Below, piece by piece: positions 18,028 to 26,898 of a stretch of DNA of 37,117 nucleotides (within the stretch, counting starts at the first letter, position 1; each line of letters opens with the position of its first letter). The DNA comes from a virus (Duplodnaviria > Caudoviricetes), in IMG/VR virus record IMGVR_UViG_3300029318_000028, positions 1-37,117 of that record; one strand, 5' to 3'. The translations under genes were made by a program, and so were the position numbers. The notes beneath the pieces were generated by a model that searched no databases, was not told the origin of the DNA, and worked only from the letters and a program-made list of their open reading frames with translations.

Positions 18028-20573
18028 GTTTTCGTGATTGTATTGTTAGTGCTAAAACGCAAGGATTATTAGACGATCAAAAACAATTAGATCTTCTCAA
18101 TGAGTATGATGAAACATACAAAAAATATATTGATGAAGGTATGGGATCAGAAGGAGCTGCAAAACAAGCTGGACTAGATACTTTCAATCAAATGAAAGTA
18201 GATGCTGCACAAAAAATCAAAGAAAGAAAACATATGATTAGGCGGCAAGAAAATTTTGAATTTCAATTAGCCAGGTATACAGATCAAAAAGGTGAGATTG
18301 ATTATGGATCTGTAATTAAGCAGCATATGATGAAATGGGAAAATCCAGAAGGTGTAAATCGTATTCAGTCTGTTGAAGAAGTTATAGAGGTAGTCCAGGG
18401 TAGATTAAATAGTATTAATTCAGAAGTCTTAAAAAAATTTAGACATGGTTTTTTAGGAGGGGTAAGAAACAAAGCTACCTTAGTAACAATGGGTAGAGAA
18501 ATATTTAATCCTGGATCTACAGGAAATAAAGCTGCAGAAGAATTAGCAAGAGCCTGGATAGAAACAGCTGAAACAGCCAGGAGAATGTTTAATGATGCTG
18601 GTGGTAGAATACCTAAATTAGAAAACTGGCATCTGCCACAATCACATAATGAATTAGTTATTAGAGATGCTGGGTATAAAGCCTGGAGAAATTTTTTATT
18701 AGAAAATGATTTGTTGGATTTAGACCAGATGATTGATTATCGCACTGGTAAAAAAATGAGTCCAGAACAGCTAGAGATAGCTCTTACTGATGTTTACAAT
18801 ACAATATCAACCTTTGGATATTCTAAAAAAACAAAGGTAAAAGCCTATAGTTCTAAATTATCTAATAGAAGATTAGATCATCGTTTTATAAAATTTAAAG
18901 ATTACGACTCCTGGGATGCCTACAATAAAAAATTTGGTAAGGGTAATGCCTTTGATGCGATGGTAGGTCATATCAAAAATATGTCCAGGGATATAGCGAT
19001 GATGCGTGTGCTAAGTCCAGATCCAGATAAATTTATAGCCTGGATGAAATTTACTGCAGAAAAAAAATTAGTAACTGATACTCCTAATTTAACAACGAAA
19101 CAATTAAAGAAAAAATTAGATAAACTTAAATCTGATATGGTTAAGGTAGATGACGCATATCGCACAATCAATGGTGATTTATTAGATCCAGGCAATCATC
19201 AGTTTGCAAGATCTATGGGTGGCTTACGAGATCTAACTACAGCTATGTATCTAGGAGCTGCATCTTTTATGGCACTAGGTGATTTTAACTTAACTAGAAT
19301 AACAGCTAGAGTTCATGGATTACCAGCTGCTAAAACCATGTTTAGAAATGCAAAAATTTTTATGAATGGATGGCGGCAAGATAAATCAACAGGAATTAAA
19401 GTAGCTGCATCATCGGGGATGGTAGCTGAACATTGGGGTACAATAGCATCTGGTTTAGCCAGGGTGTCATCTGATGATATTGAAAGACCAGAAGTTACCA
19501 GGAGAGTAGCTGATTTTATATTAAGAACATCTGGATTATCCTGGCTAACACAAGCGGGTAGATGGGGTGTTGGTATGGAAACAATGGCTTTCTTTGCCAG
19601 AAATGCAAATTTAACCTGGGATCAACTAGGTAAGAAGAATGCAAAATTTAAACAATTATTAGAAACAAATAATATTAACAGTGGAGAGTGGGATATTATT
19701 AGACGTATTCCTATCTACGATGCTGGTGTTGATGATGCACTTAACAAAGGTGCAGAGTTTTTACGACCATCAGATATTTTTAAATTAGAAGATTTAACAG
19801 AAGAACAGGCGATGGATGTCTTTTCTAAGTTCCAAGGAACAATTAATTATATTATAGATTTTGCTGTTCCCGCATCAACATTACGAGGATCTCTTGTTGC
19901 TGGAGGAGCTAGACCAGGCACTGTCCAGGGTGAATTTGTTAAAAGTTTTTTACAATTTAAACAGTTTCCACTAGCTTTTATGTTTGGTCATATAACCAAA
20001 GGTATGGGTAGAAAAGGAGCTTTTAAGAAAGCTGGGTATTTAACTGATTTAATTATATCTACAACAATCATGGGTGCATTAGCTTATGAAATGAAACAGA
20101 TCGCAAAAGGTAAAGAACCAACACCGATTACAGAACTAAACAAAGATCAATATGCATCATATGTACTAGGTAATTTATTAAGAGGTGGTGGTCTAGGATT
20201 TATGGGTGATTTCTTATTTTCTACACAATATGGTGGAGCAAAAGGTGGAGCTGGTACTATATTAGGATCTATACCAATGTTAGGATTAGAAATACTAGAT
20301 TTTACTTTTGGAAATGCACTGCGTACAATTAAAGGTAAAGATGTTAATTATGGCGGTGATTTAGCAGATTTAATAAAAAAGAACTTTCCTGGTGGATCAT
20401 TGTGGTATGCCAGGTTAGCATTAGAAAGATGGGTGTTTGATAATATTTCTAAATTTATAGATCCTAAGTATTACAAGAAAAGAAAAAGGTTAATCAAAAG
20501 GGTAAGAAAAGAAGAAGGTACAGAATTTTTCTGGAGTCCAGGAGATAATTTACCTAGCAAATATCCATTTTAA
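18024..20573 (+). CDS. internal virion protein (gp16-like)
   Basis: 849 aa; M...DCI start, W.LPQ.H, GE...SF.QFK.FP, GGGLG..GD and PG..LWY.R motifs of BPP-1-like large ejected proteins. Confidence 0.8.
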   Translation: MSFRDCIVSAKTQGLLDDQKQLDLLNEYDETYKKYIDEGMGSEGAAKQAGLDTFNQMKVDAAQKIKERKHMIRRQENFEFQLARYTDQKGEIDYGSVIKQHMMKWENPEGVNRIQSVEEVIEVVQGRLNSINSEVLKKFRHGFLGGVRNKATLVTMGREIFNPGSTGNKAAEELARAWIETAETARRMFNDAGGRIPKLENWHLPQSHNELVIRDAGYKAWRNFLLENDLLDLDQMIDYRTGKKMSPEQLEIALTDVYNTISTFGYSKKTKVKAYSSKLSNRRLDHRFIKFKDYDSWDAYNKKFGKGNAFDAMVGHIKNMSRDIAMMRVLSPDPDKFIAWMKFTAEKKLVTDTPNLTTKQLKKKLDKLKSDMVKVDDAYRTINGDLLDPGNHQFARSMGGLRDLTTAMYLGAASFMALGDFNLTRITARVHGLPAAKTMFRNAKIFMNGWRQDKSTGIKVAASSGMVAEHWGTIASGLARVSSDDIERPEVTRRVADFILRTSGLSWLTQAGRWGVGMETMAFFARNANLTWDQLGKKNAKFKQLLETNNINSGEWDIIRRIPIYDAGVDDALNKGAEFLRPSDIFKLEDLTEEQAMDVFSKFQGTINYIIDFAVPASTLRGSLVAGGARPGTVQGEFVKSFLQFKQFPLAFMFGHITKGMGRKGAFKKAGYLTDLIISTTIMGALAYEMKQIAKGKEPTPITELNKDQYASYVLGNLLRGGGLGFMGDFLFSTQYGGAKGGAGTILGSIPMLGLEILDFTFGNALRTIKGKDVNYGGDLADLIKKNFPGGSLWYARLALERWVFDNISKFIDPKYYKKRKRLIKRVRKEEGTEFFWSPGDNLPSKYPF

Positions 20574-20626
20574 TTAATGATAGACAAATAATATGATATA
20601 TTATAAGGAGTTAGTAAGCATAAGTT

Positions 20627-22003
20627 ATGACAATATCTAGCACAACAATTAAAAATTCGTACTCTGGTAATGGATCTACGACAGCTTTTGCTTTTTCATT
20701 CTATATTATTGCTGAAACTGATTTACAAGTAATCATTAGAGCAGCAAATGGTACAGAAACAGTCAAAAGTTTAACAACACATTATACAGTATCTGGTGTT
20801 CAAAATAATAGTGGTGGTACTGTAACGATGGGTTCAGCTCCAGCATCTGGAGAAACCTTAGTTATTCGCAGAAATACATCAAAGACACAATCTACTGATT
20901 ATGTAGCTAATGATCCTTTTCCAGCAGAAACACATGAAGCAGCTCTTGATAAAGGTATTTTAGTATCTCAAGAAATATCAGAAACTGTAGACAGATCTAT
21001 TAAACTATCCAGAACAAATACGATGACTTCTACAGAATTTACTGTAGGAGCTACAGACAGAGCTAATAAAATATTAGCTTTTGACAGCTCTGGTGAAATA
21101 GCTGTTACCCAGGAAATAGGTACATTTAGAGGTAATTGGTCTGCATCAACTTCATATGCACAAAGAGATTTAGTAAAAGACACATCAACAAATAATATCT
21201 TTCTGGCTAATACAGCTCATACGTCTAGTGGCTCACAACCATTGACAACAAATACAGATTCCGCTAAATGGGATCTGATTGTAGATGCGGCAACAGCAAC
21301 GACCTCCGCAACAAATGCAGCTTCCTCCGCAACCGCTGCTGCCTCATCTGCCACAGCTGCCGCAAGTTCTGCATCAGCTGCTGCTACATCAGAGTCCAAT
21401 GCAAATACCTCAAAAACTAATGCAGCTACATCAGCTTCTACAGCATCTACCCAGGCAACCAATGCGGCTTCATCTGCAACGTCTGCTGCGAGTTCAGCAA
21501 CTACAGCTACTACAAAAGCAAGTGAAGCTAGTACCAGTGCTACGAATGCAGCAACTTCTGCAACTTCTGCATCAAGCTCTGCTACGACTGCAACAACCAA
21601 AGCTAGTGAAGCGGCAACATCTGCTACTAATGCTGCTTCTTCAGCATCGACTGCATCTGGTCATGCCACGACAGCCACGACTAAGGCTTCTGAAGCTGCT
21701 ACATCAGCAACTAATGCTGCTACCAGTGCAACTGCTGCTGACACTGCAAAGACAGCTGCACAAGCTGCACAAACAGCTGCTGAAGCTGCGGCTGATAATT
21801 TTGATGATACATACCTGGGAGCTAAAGCATCTGATCCGACAGTAGATAATGACGGAGATGCACTAACTGCTGGAGATTTATATTTCAATACAAGCAGTAA
21901 TGAGTTAAAAGTTTATAACGGATCATCCTGGCAAGTAGCTGCCTCTGATGTATCTACACTAGCAACAAAAGGATTTGCGATAGCATTGGCTGTTGCTCTT
22001 TAA
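20627..22003 (+). CDS. tail fibre protein (T7 gp17-like N-terminal anchor, Ala/Ser/Thr coiled stalk)
   Basis: YSGNGSTT.F.F.F, FPAETHE.ALD; long Ala/Ser/Thr repeat; FDD.YLG.K...PT.DNDG.AL..G.LYF; ends AIALAVAL. Confidence 0.88.
   Translation: MTISSTTIKNSYSGNGSTTAFAFSFYIIAETDLQVIIRAANGTETVKSLTTHYTVSGVQNNSGGTVTMGSAPASGETLVIRRNTSKTQSTDYVANDPFPAETHEAALDKGILVSQEISETVDRSIKLSRTNTMTSTEFTVGATDRANKILAFDSSGEIAVTQEIGTFRGNWSASTSYAQRDLVKDTSTNNIFLANTAHTSSGSQPLTTNTDSAKWDLIVDAATATTSATNAASSATAAASSATAAASSASAAATSESNANTSKTNAATSASTASTQATNAASSATSAASSATTATTKASEASTSATNAATSATSASSSATTATTKASEAATSATNAASSASTASGHATTATTKASEAATSATNAATSATAADTAKTAAQAAQTAAEAAADNFDDTYLGAKASDPTVDNDGDALTAGDLYFNTSSNELKVYNGSSWQVAASDVSTLATKGFAIALAVAL
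21497..21748 (+). repeat. three 84-nt (28-aa) coding repeats
   Basis: ATTATTKASEA begins at 21497, 21581 and 21665. Confidence 0.85.
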
Positions 22004-22019
22004 TTAAGAAAGGAAAATA

Positions 22020-22343
22020 ATGGCTCAAGACTTTACAGAAATAAAAGCAAGAAATGTTGGTACTTCTGCTTCTACATTATTAACTGCTAACACCAACGAT
22101 TGTATTATTGGTCTTAGAGTTTGTAACGTAGCAACTAGTGCAATCAATGTTTCAGTATTCATATCAACTGGTGGTAATGATTATTACTTACAAAAAAATA
22201 CACCTTTACCAGTTGGTGGTTCTTTGGAGGTTACTGGTAACTCAAAGATAAATTTACAAAACGGAAGTGTCTTAAAAGTTCAATCCGATACAGCATCAAG
22301 TGTTGATGTATGGGGTAGCTATATAGACGCTATATCTGCATAG
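22020..22343 (+). CDS. tail-associated beta-rich protein
   Basis: 107 aa; SD AAGGA; P.G.SLE.....KI.L..G..L pattern; follows the fibre gene. Confidence 0.7.
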   Translation: MAQDFTEIKARNVGTSASTLLTANTNDCIIGLRVCNVATSAINVSVFISTGGNDYYLQKNTPLPVGGSLEVTGNSKINLQNGSVLKVQSDTASSVDVWGSYIDAISA

Positions 22344-22351
22344 GATTATAA

Positions 22352-23134
22352 ATGTACATAGGAAATATACCAGCAGATAAATTCCAAACTCTACAGAAAC
22401 AGAGTTTTACTACATCTGCTACTGATACCTATACACTAAGTTATGCAGTAACAAATCCTCAAGATTTAGCTTTGTTCATTAACAATGTAAGGCAAAATCC
22501 TAATGATGCTTATACTGTATCAGGCACAACACTAACTCTATCCTCTGCAATAACTGGTTCAGATACTATGTATGCAGTGTTTTTAGGTAGAGCAGTTGAA
22601 ACTATTGCTCCAGCTACAGGATCAGTAACTAATGATATGTTAGCTGGTTCTATTAATGAAAGTAAATTAGCTGGATCTATTCCTAATTCTAAACTATCTG
22701 GTCCAATAGGAAAAACTGGTCAAACGATTGCTAATCATATTACAACTCAAACTTCTTCTTCATCAAGTTCATTTGCAGATGTAGGCGGTAGTGAAACAAC
22801 TATTGTTACAACCGCATCATCTTCAAAGGTTTTACTTCATATATCTTTATCATGTAGAAAATTTAACAATATGTATTTGGCTTTAGATTTATACAGAAAA
22901 ATAGGTAGTGGTAGTTATTCTAAAATTAGAGATTTTGAAAATGGTTTTTTATTTACAAATAGCACAGCAACAAATACAGGAAGATTTGCAGTATCTTTTT
23001 TAGATGAACCAGCAAGTGCAGATACAATAAAATATAAAATGCAGTTTAATTCTGGACCAAATGGTGCATCGGTTGTAATTAATCCAGACGCACAAGAAAC
23101 TTCATCAATAATTTTACAGGAGGTGCTAGCCTAA
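22352..23134 (+). CDS. tail fibre/receptor-binding protein
   Basis: YIGN.P N-terminus, NNVRQ.P..YTVSG, C-terminal SSSKVL...D.P.....YK...QEVLA domain. Confidence 0.75.
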   Translation: MYIGNIPADKFQTLQKQSFTTSATDTYTLSYAVTNPQDLALFINNVRQNPNDAYTVSGTTLTLSSAITGSDTMYAVFLGRAVETIAPATGSVTNDMLAGSINESKLAGSIPNSKLSGPIGKTGQTIANHITTQTSSSSSSFADVGGSETTIVTTASSSKVLLHISLSCRKFNNMYLALDLYRKIGSGSYSKIRDFENGFLFTNSTATNTGRFAVSFLDEPASADTIKYKMQFNSGPNGASVVINPDAQETSSIILQEVLA

Positions 23135-24240
23135 TGCCATTAAACACGATCCCCAATACAGGTTTAACGAGTAGAGGTTATACAACCGATCGCCTCGTCA
23201 CACCTTTAATTATCAACGGAGATATGTCAGTGTCTCAGAGAGCAACCTCTACAGCAAGTGTGGGAGCAAGTTCAACTTACCCAACAATAGACAGGTTTGG
23301 TTATAGAAAGGGTGGAAGTCCATCTTTTAGAGCGACCATGTCTCAGAGTTCTACAGTACCAACAGCACAAGGATTTAAATATTCATTTAAGGTAGACTGC
23401 ACAACAGCAAACACATCTCTTGCGTCAAGCACCCGATTTGGAATTGACCAAAAAATAGAAGCACAAAATTTACAATTTTTAGAACAAGGTACATCGAATG
23501 CTAAAGCAACTACTCTTAGTTTTTGGGTAAGGTCTAATTTAACAGGCACCTATATTCTTTGGATTTATAAAGAAGACGGAACTGCAAGAGCAATCGCAAA
23601 ATCATATACAATAAATAGCTCTGACACTTGGGAGAAAAAAATTATAAATATACCTGGGGACACTAATGCAGCAGGTGCGATTGATAATAATAATGGTGAA
23701 GGTTGGAGAATAACATGGCATTTAGCGGCAGGCACTACTTTTAATTCTGGTACATTAGCCACATCTTGGGAAAATTACTCCGCAGCAAATATTGCAGTAG
23801 GTCAAGTTAACTTTGCCTCTAGCACAGATAACGAATGGTATCTTACAGGTGTTCAACTCGAAGTCGGTGAGTTCGATTCGACAACCCTACCTAGTTTTCC
23901 TTTCGAGAGTCATATTAGTAATTTATTAAAGTGTAAGAGATATTTTTGGCAAGACAATCACTTATGGGGTAGTGTTGCTAGTTCGACAGAAGTTCATGTT
24001 CGTGGAACTCACCCCGTAGAAATGAGAGCATTACCCTCTGTAAGTGTATCTGGTGCAATTACCATTTGGCAACTTTCGGTTGCTGGTTCAAAAACACAAA
24101 GTTCAGCAAATGTAAGTTTTGATAATCAAATAAATAATGAGCAGTTTTTTACCGCTGCTCTAAATAATTTTAGTAGTTTAACACAACATTATCCAATAGC
24201 AGTGAATAGTGGGTATGTCTTATTTGATGCGGAGTTATAA
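23134..24240 (+). CDS. tail fibre protein with carbohydrate-binding-like domain
   Basis: IINGDM.V.QR, Q.IE, TLSFWV.S, TWEKK, TGVQLEVG, C.RY and MRA.P motifs. Confidence 0.75.
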   Translation: MPLNTIPNTGLTSRGYTTDRLVTPLIINGDMSVSQRATSTASVGASSTYPTIDRFGYRKGGSPSFRATMSQSSTVPTAQGFKYSFKVDCTTANTSLASSTRFGIDQKIEAQNLQFLEQGTSNAKATTLSFWVRSNLTGTYILWIYKEDGTARAIAKSYTINSSDTWEKKIINIPGDTNAAGAIDNNNGEGWRITWHLAAGTTFNSGTLATSWENYSAANIAVGQVNFASSTDNEWYLTGVQLEVGEFDSTTLPSFPFESHISNLLKCKRYFWQDNHLWGSVASSTEVHVRGTHPVEMRALPSVSVSGAITIWQLSVAGSKTQSSANVSFDNQINNEQFFTAALNNFSSLTQHYPIAVNSGYVLFDAEL

Positions 24241-24419
24241 TGATTAGTACAGTAGAAAAAGAATATAATATAAATAATGAATTTAGTTCTTATAAAGTAA
24301 CATATCAAGACGGAACAGTATGGAAAGTTCCTCACAACGAAGCAAACCGACACTACCAAGAAATACTAAAATGGGTAGCAGAAGGAAACACAATTACAGA
24401 TAATGGGGGTGGTGAGTAA
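24240..24419 (+). CDS. 59-aa tail fibre assembly-like protein (not in ORF track)
   Basis: VPHNEANRHYQEILKWVAEGNTI; TAATG coupling at both ends. Confidence 0.75.
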   Translation: MISTVEKEYNINNEFSSYKVTYQDGTVWKVPHNEANRHYQEILKWVAEGNTITDNGGGE

Positions 24420-25198
24420 TGGCATACATAGGTAGAGATATATCAAACTTATCAGACAGAGTAGTCTTAGATAATATTACAGCAAGTGCTACAGCTACAT
24501 ATAACCTATTATTAAATAGCGTTGCCTATGTACCTAGTAGTGCAGAGAGTTTAACAGTTAGTTTGAATGGTGTTATTCAGAAACCTCAGTCAAGCTACAC
24601 AGTATCAGGTAGCACGATTGTATTTGCTTCAGCTTTAACTTCTTCAGACTCTATAGATTTTATTCTTGCAGAAAGAGCAATCACCTTAACGACAATAGGA
24701 TCTGGCACAGTCAATACTTCTAATATAGTTGATGATGCTGTAACTTATGCAAAGACTGATGGAAGTTTTGGTAAAATTGGTCAAGTGGTAACAACTAATT
24801 TTACATCAAACCAAACAACTACTAGCACAAGTTTTAGTGATAGTGGTGTTTCTGCTTCTATAACTCCAACATCTACATCTAGCAAAGTATTAATTCAAAT
24901 GTCTATCTATTGTCAAATCGAAAACGCATCTAATGACCATGCAGAAGGTGAATATAAAATATATAGAGATTCATCATCTTTAGATGGAACTGGTAGAAGA
25001 TTTGGTGGTAAGGCAGAAAGAGGTGCTGATAATGAAGTTATATATAAAGGATATCAAACATGGATTTTATTAGACTCACCCTCAAGCACAAGTTCTGTAA
25101 GCTATAAAATATTTTTTAGGTCTGTAAATAATACAAATGAAACTACTTTCTTTGGTTTCAACCCATGTTCAATTACACTAATGGAGGTACTAGCATGA
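24419..25198 (+). CDS. tail fibre/receptor-binding protein, paralog of 22352..23134
   Basis: AYIG, LNGVIQ.P..SYTVSG, SSKVL, LDSPS.TS...YK, ITLMEVLA. Confidence 0.75.
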   Translation: MAYIGRDISNLSDRVVLDNITASATATYNLLLNSVAYVPSSAESLTVSLNGVIQKPQSSYTVSGSTIVFASALTSSDSIDFILAERAITLTTIGSGTVNTSNIVDDAVTYAKTDGSFGKIGQVVTTNFTSNQTTTSTSFSDSGVSASITPTSTSSKVLIQMSIYCQIENASNDHAEGEYKIYRDSSSLDGTGRRFGGKAERGADNEVIYKGYQTWILLDSPSSTSSVSYKIFFRSVNNTNETTFFGFNPCSITLMEVLA

Positions 25199-25740
25199 GC
25201 TTAATTAAATTAAACAATCAATCAATTACTGCTATTACTGCTTTGCCTAGTGGTGTTGGTGGTAAAATATTAGCTGTTTATCAAGATGGTGGTACAACAC
25301 AGTATGCAACAACTACAGATAATTCAGCTTCTTTTACAGATGTTACAAACTCAGCCATTACATTAACACCAGCTAGTTCATCTTCAAAATTTTGGTTATC
25401 ATGGAACACTTGGGGTAATAATGTATCAGGAGCATCACAAGCATTAAATGTTGATTTAGATTTTAAAAGAGCAATAAGTGGTGGTACAACCACAGAAAAA
25501 ATTGTTCAAGCTACTATTGCAGAAGGTTCTGGTAGAAGATTTCAATATGATAACAGATCCAATACATTAGGTATAAATTATCTAAATTGTTGTATGGCTT
25601 TAACTTTCTTGGATAGTCCATCAACAGCATCAGCCATTACCTATACCCCTCAATTTTCTAAAAATCAGTGGGCTGGAACAAGTGGAACAAGTATAGGTGT
25701 ATATGAAGGTATGTTTCAAATAATGGAGTTAAGTTCGTAA
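25195..25740 (+). CDS. tail fibre-like protein (third copy of the C-terminal domain)
   Basis: GKIL.V, ITLTPASSSSK, LDSPSTASAITY, IMEL; ATG 25195 with GGAGG preferred over 25165. Confidence 0.75.
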   Translation: MSLIKLNNQSITAITALPSGVGGKILAVYQDGGTTQYATTTDNSASFTDVTNSAITLTPASSSSKFWLSWNTWGNNVSGASQALNVDLDFKRAISGGTTTEKIVQATIAEGSGRRFQYDNRSNTLGINYLNCCMALTFLDSPSTASAITYTPQFSKNQWAGTSGTSIGVYEGMFQIMELSS

Positions 25741-25913
25741 TGACAAATGAAAATCTAACACAGTTATTTCACAATGCTATCAGAGCATTAACAGATGAAC
25801 ACTATTCTATAGAAATAGTAGATACTAATACATTTACTGTTACATGGATTGACAATGATCCTAATATTACAAATCAACAAATATTAAACAAAAGATCAGA
25901 GTTAGAAACATAA
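25740..25913 (+). CDS. 57-aa tail-associated protein (not in ORF track)
   Basis: MTNENLTQLFHNAIRAL...ITNQQILNKRSELET; TAATG coupling; AIRAL resembles AIKAL of the next gene. Confidence 0.65.
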   Translation: MTNENLTQLFHNAIRALTDEHYSIEIVDTNTFTVTWIDNDPNITNQQILNKRSELET

Positions 25914-25927
25914 GAAAGGAAAATAAA

Positions 25928-26269
25928 ATGACCGACATAGCAAGTGCAATCAAAGCTCTCAAAGAGGATGCAGAGATTGTGGTATACGGAGAACCCAGCA
26001 ACGAAGCTGAGTACAAGGCTGATGTAAAATATATCTCTGGTGCAGATGAAAATGGTAATGCAATTTATGGAGATCAGTTATTTACATGGAGTCAAGTATC
26101 AGCCAAGAAAGCTGAGTTACAAACTGCATACGACAACAATGAGTATCAGAGAAAAAGAGCTGCTGAATATCCATCAATAGCAGATCAGCTAGATGACATA
26201 TATCACAATGGCATTGATGGTTGGAAATCAACTATAAAAGCTACAAAAGACAAATATCCAAAGGAGTAG
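25928..26269 (+). CDS. tail fibre assembly chaperone-like protein
   Basis: YQRKRA.EYPSI.DQLD..YH....W...I...KDKYPK motif; SD AAGGA. Confidence 0.75.
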   Translation: MTDIASAIKALKEDAEIVVYGEPSNEAEYKADVKYISGADENGNAIYGDQLFTWSQVSAKKAELQTAYDNNEYQRKRAAEYPSIADQLDDIYHNGIDGWKSTIKATKDKYPKE

Positions 26270-26272
26270 ACC

Positions 26273-26311
26273 ATGTGTGAATACTGTAATGGTGAATGTA
26301 TTTGTAGGTAA
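26273..26311 (+). CDS. 12-aa Cys-rich peptide MCEYCNGECICR
   Basis: AAGGAG 6 nt upstream; stop overlaps the next ATG (TAATG). Confidence 0.5.
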   Translation: MCEYCNGECICR

Positions 26312-26898
26312 TGAAACAAGATTGGTTATCTTGGTTTTGTTCTATAGTTATTATAACCTTAGTTTTATTTATTGGGTTTAGTAAAAAAACATATGCTGAA
26401 ACAAATACTGTAAGTACAGTAAGTTCTACAGTTTCATCCAATACAGTAGACAAAGCTCCTCCATCGGCAATATCACCAGGCATAAGCATAGTTAATAGCG
26501 ATGTCTGTGTTAGTGCCTATTCGGGATCTGTTACCACACAGATATTAGGTGTGAGTACAGGAGTAACTGTATCAGACGAAAATTGTGTTAGGATTAAATT
26601 ATCCAGGCAGATGATGGCATTAAACCTTAAAGTTCCAGCGGTAGCTATCCTGGCACAAGACAGCCAGGTGTTCGATGCGTTATGGATGTCTGGAGTTTAT
26701 CCGCCTATCGAGGGTAAAATTGCAGCAGATGCAAAAGAGATTTGGTTAGCCAATATAGATATGATGCCAGAAGGATCTAAGATCAAAGAGAAGTTACTAA
26801 ACAATAGAAAAAAAGAACCAAAGGAATTTAGTGATGCACAGAATGTGGCTTTGTTTAAAGGTCTGTTTCTTATTACTACTGGTCTGCTCTTATTCTAA
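26311..26898 (+). CDS. membrane/exported hypothetical protein
   Basis: N-terminal hydrophobic signal ending YA-E, PPSAI.P, Cys pair, hydrophobic C-terminus. Confidence 0.75.
   Translation: MKQDWLSWFCSIVIITLVLFIGFSKKTYAETNTVSTVSSTVSSNTVDKAPPSAISPGISIVNSDVCVSAYSGSVTTQILGVSTGVTVSDENCVRIKLSRQMMALNLKVPAVAILAQDSQVFDALWMSGVYPPIEGKIAADAKEIWLANIDMMPEGSKIKEKLLNNRKKEPKEFSDAQNVALFKGLFLITTGLLLF

Noticed and set aside
21217-21888. Alternative-frame and antisense ORFs over the tail-fibre stalk (21285 +, 21217 -, 21661 -)
   Set aside because: Stop-free shadows of GCN/ACN/TCN repeats (Gln/Leu- or Ala/Val-only sequence), no SD
22352-25740. Paralogous fibre C-termini considered as DGR template/variable repeats
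   Set aside because: No reverse transcriptase and no near-identical repeat pair differing only at adenines
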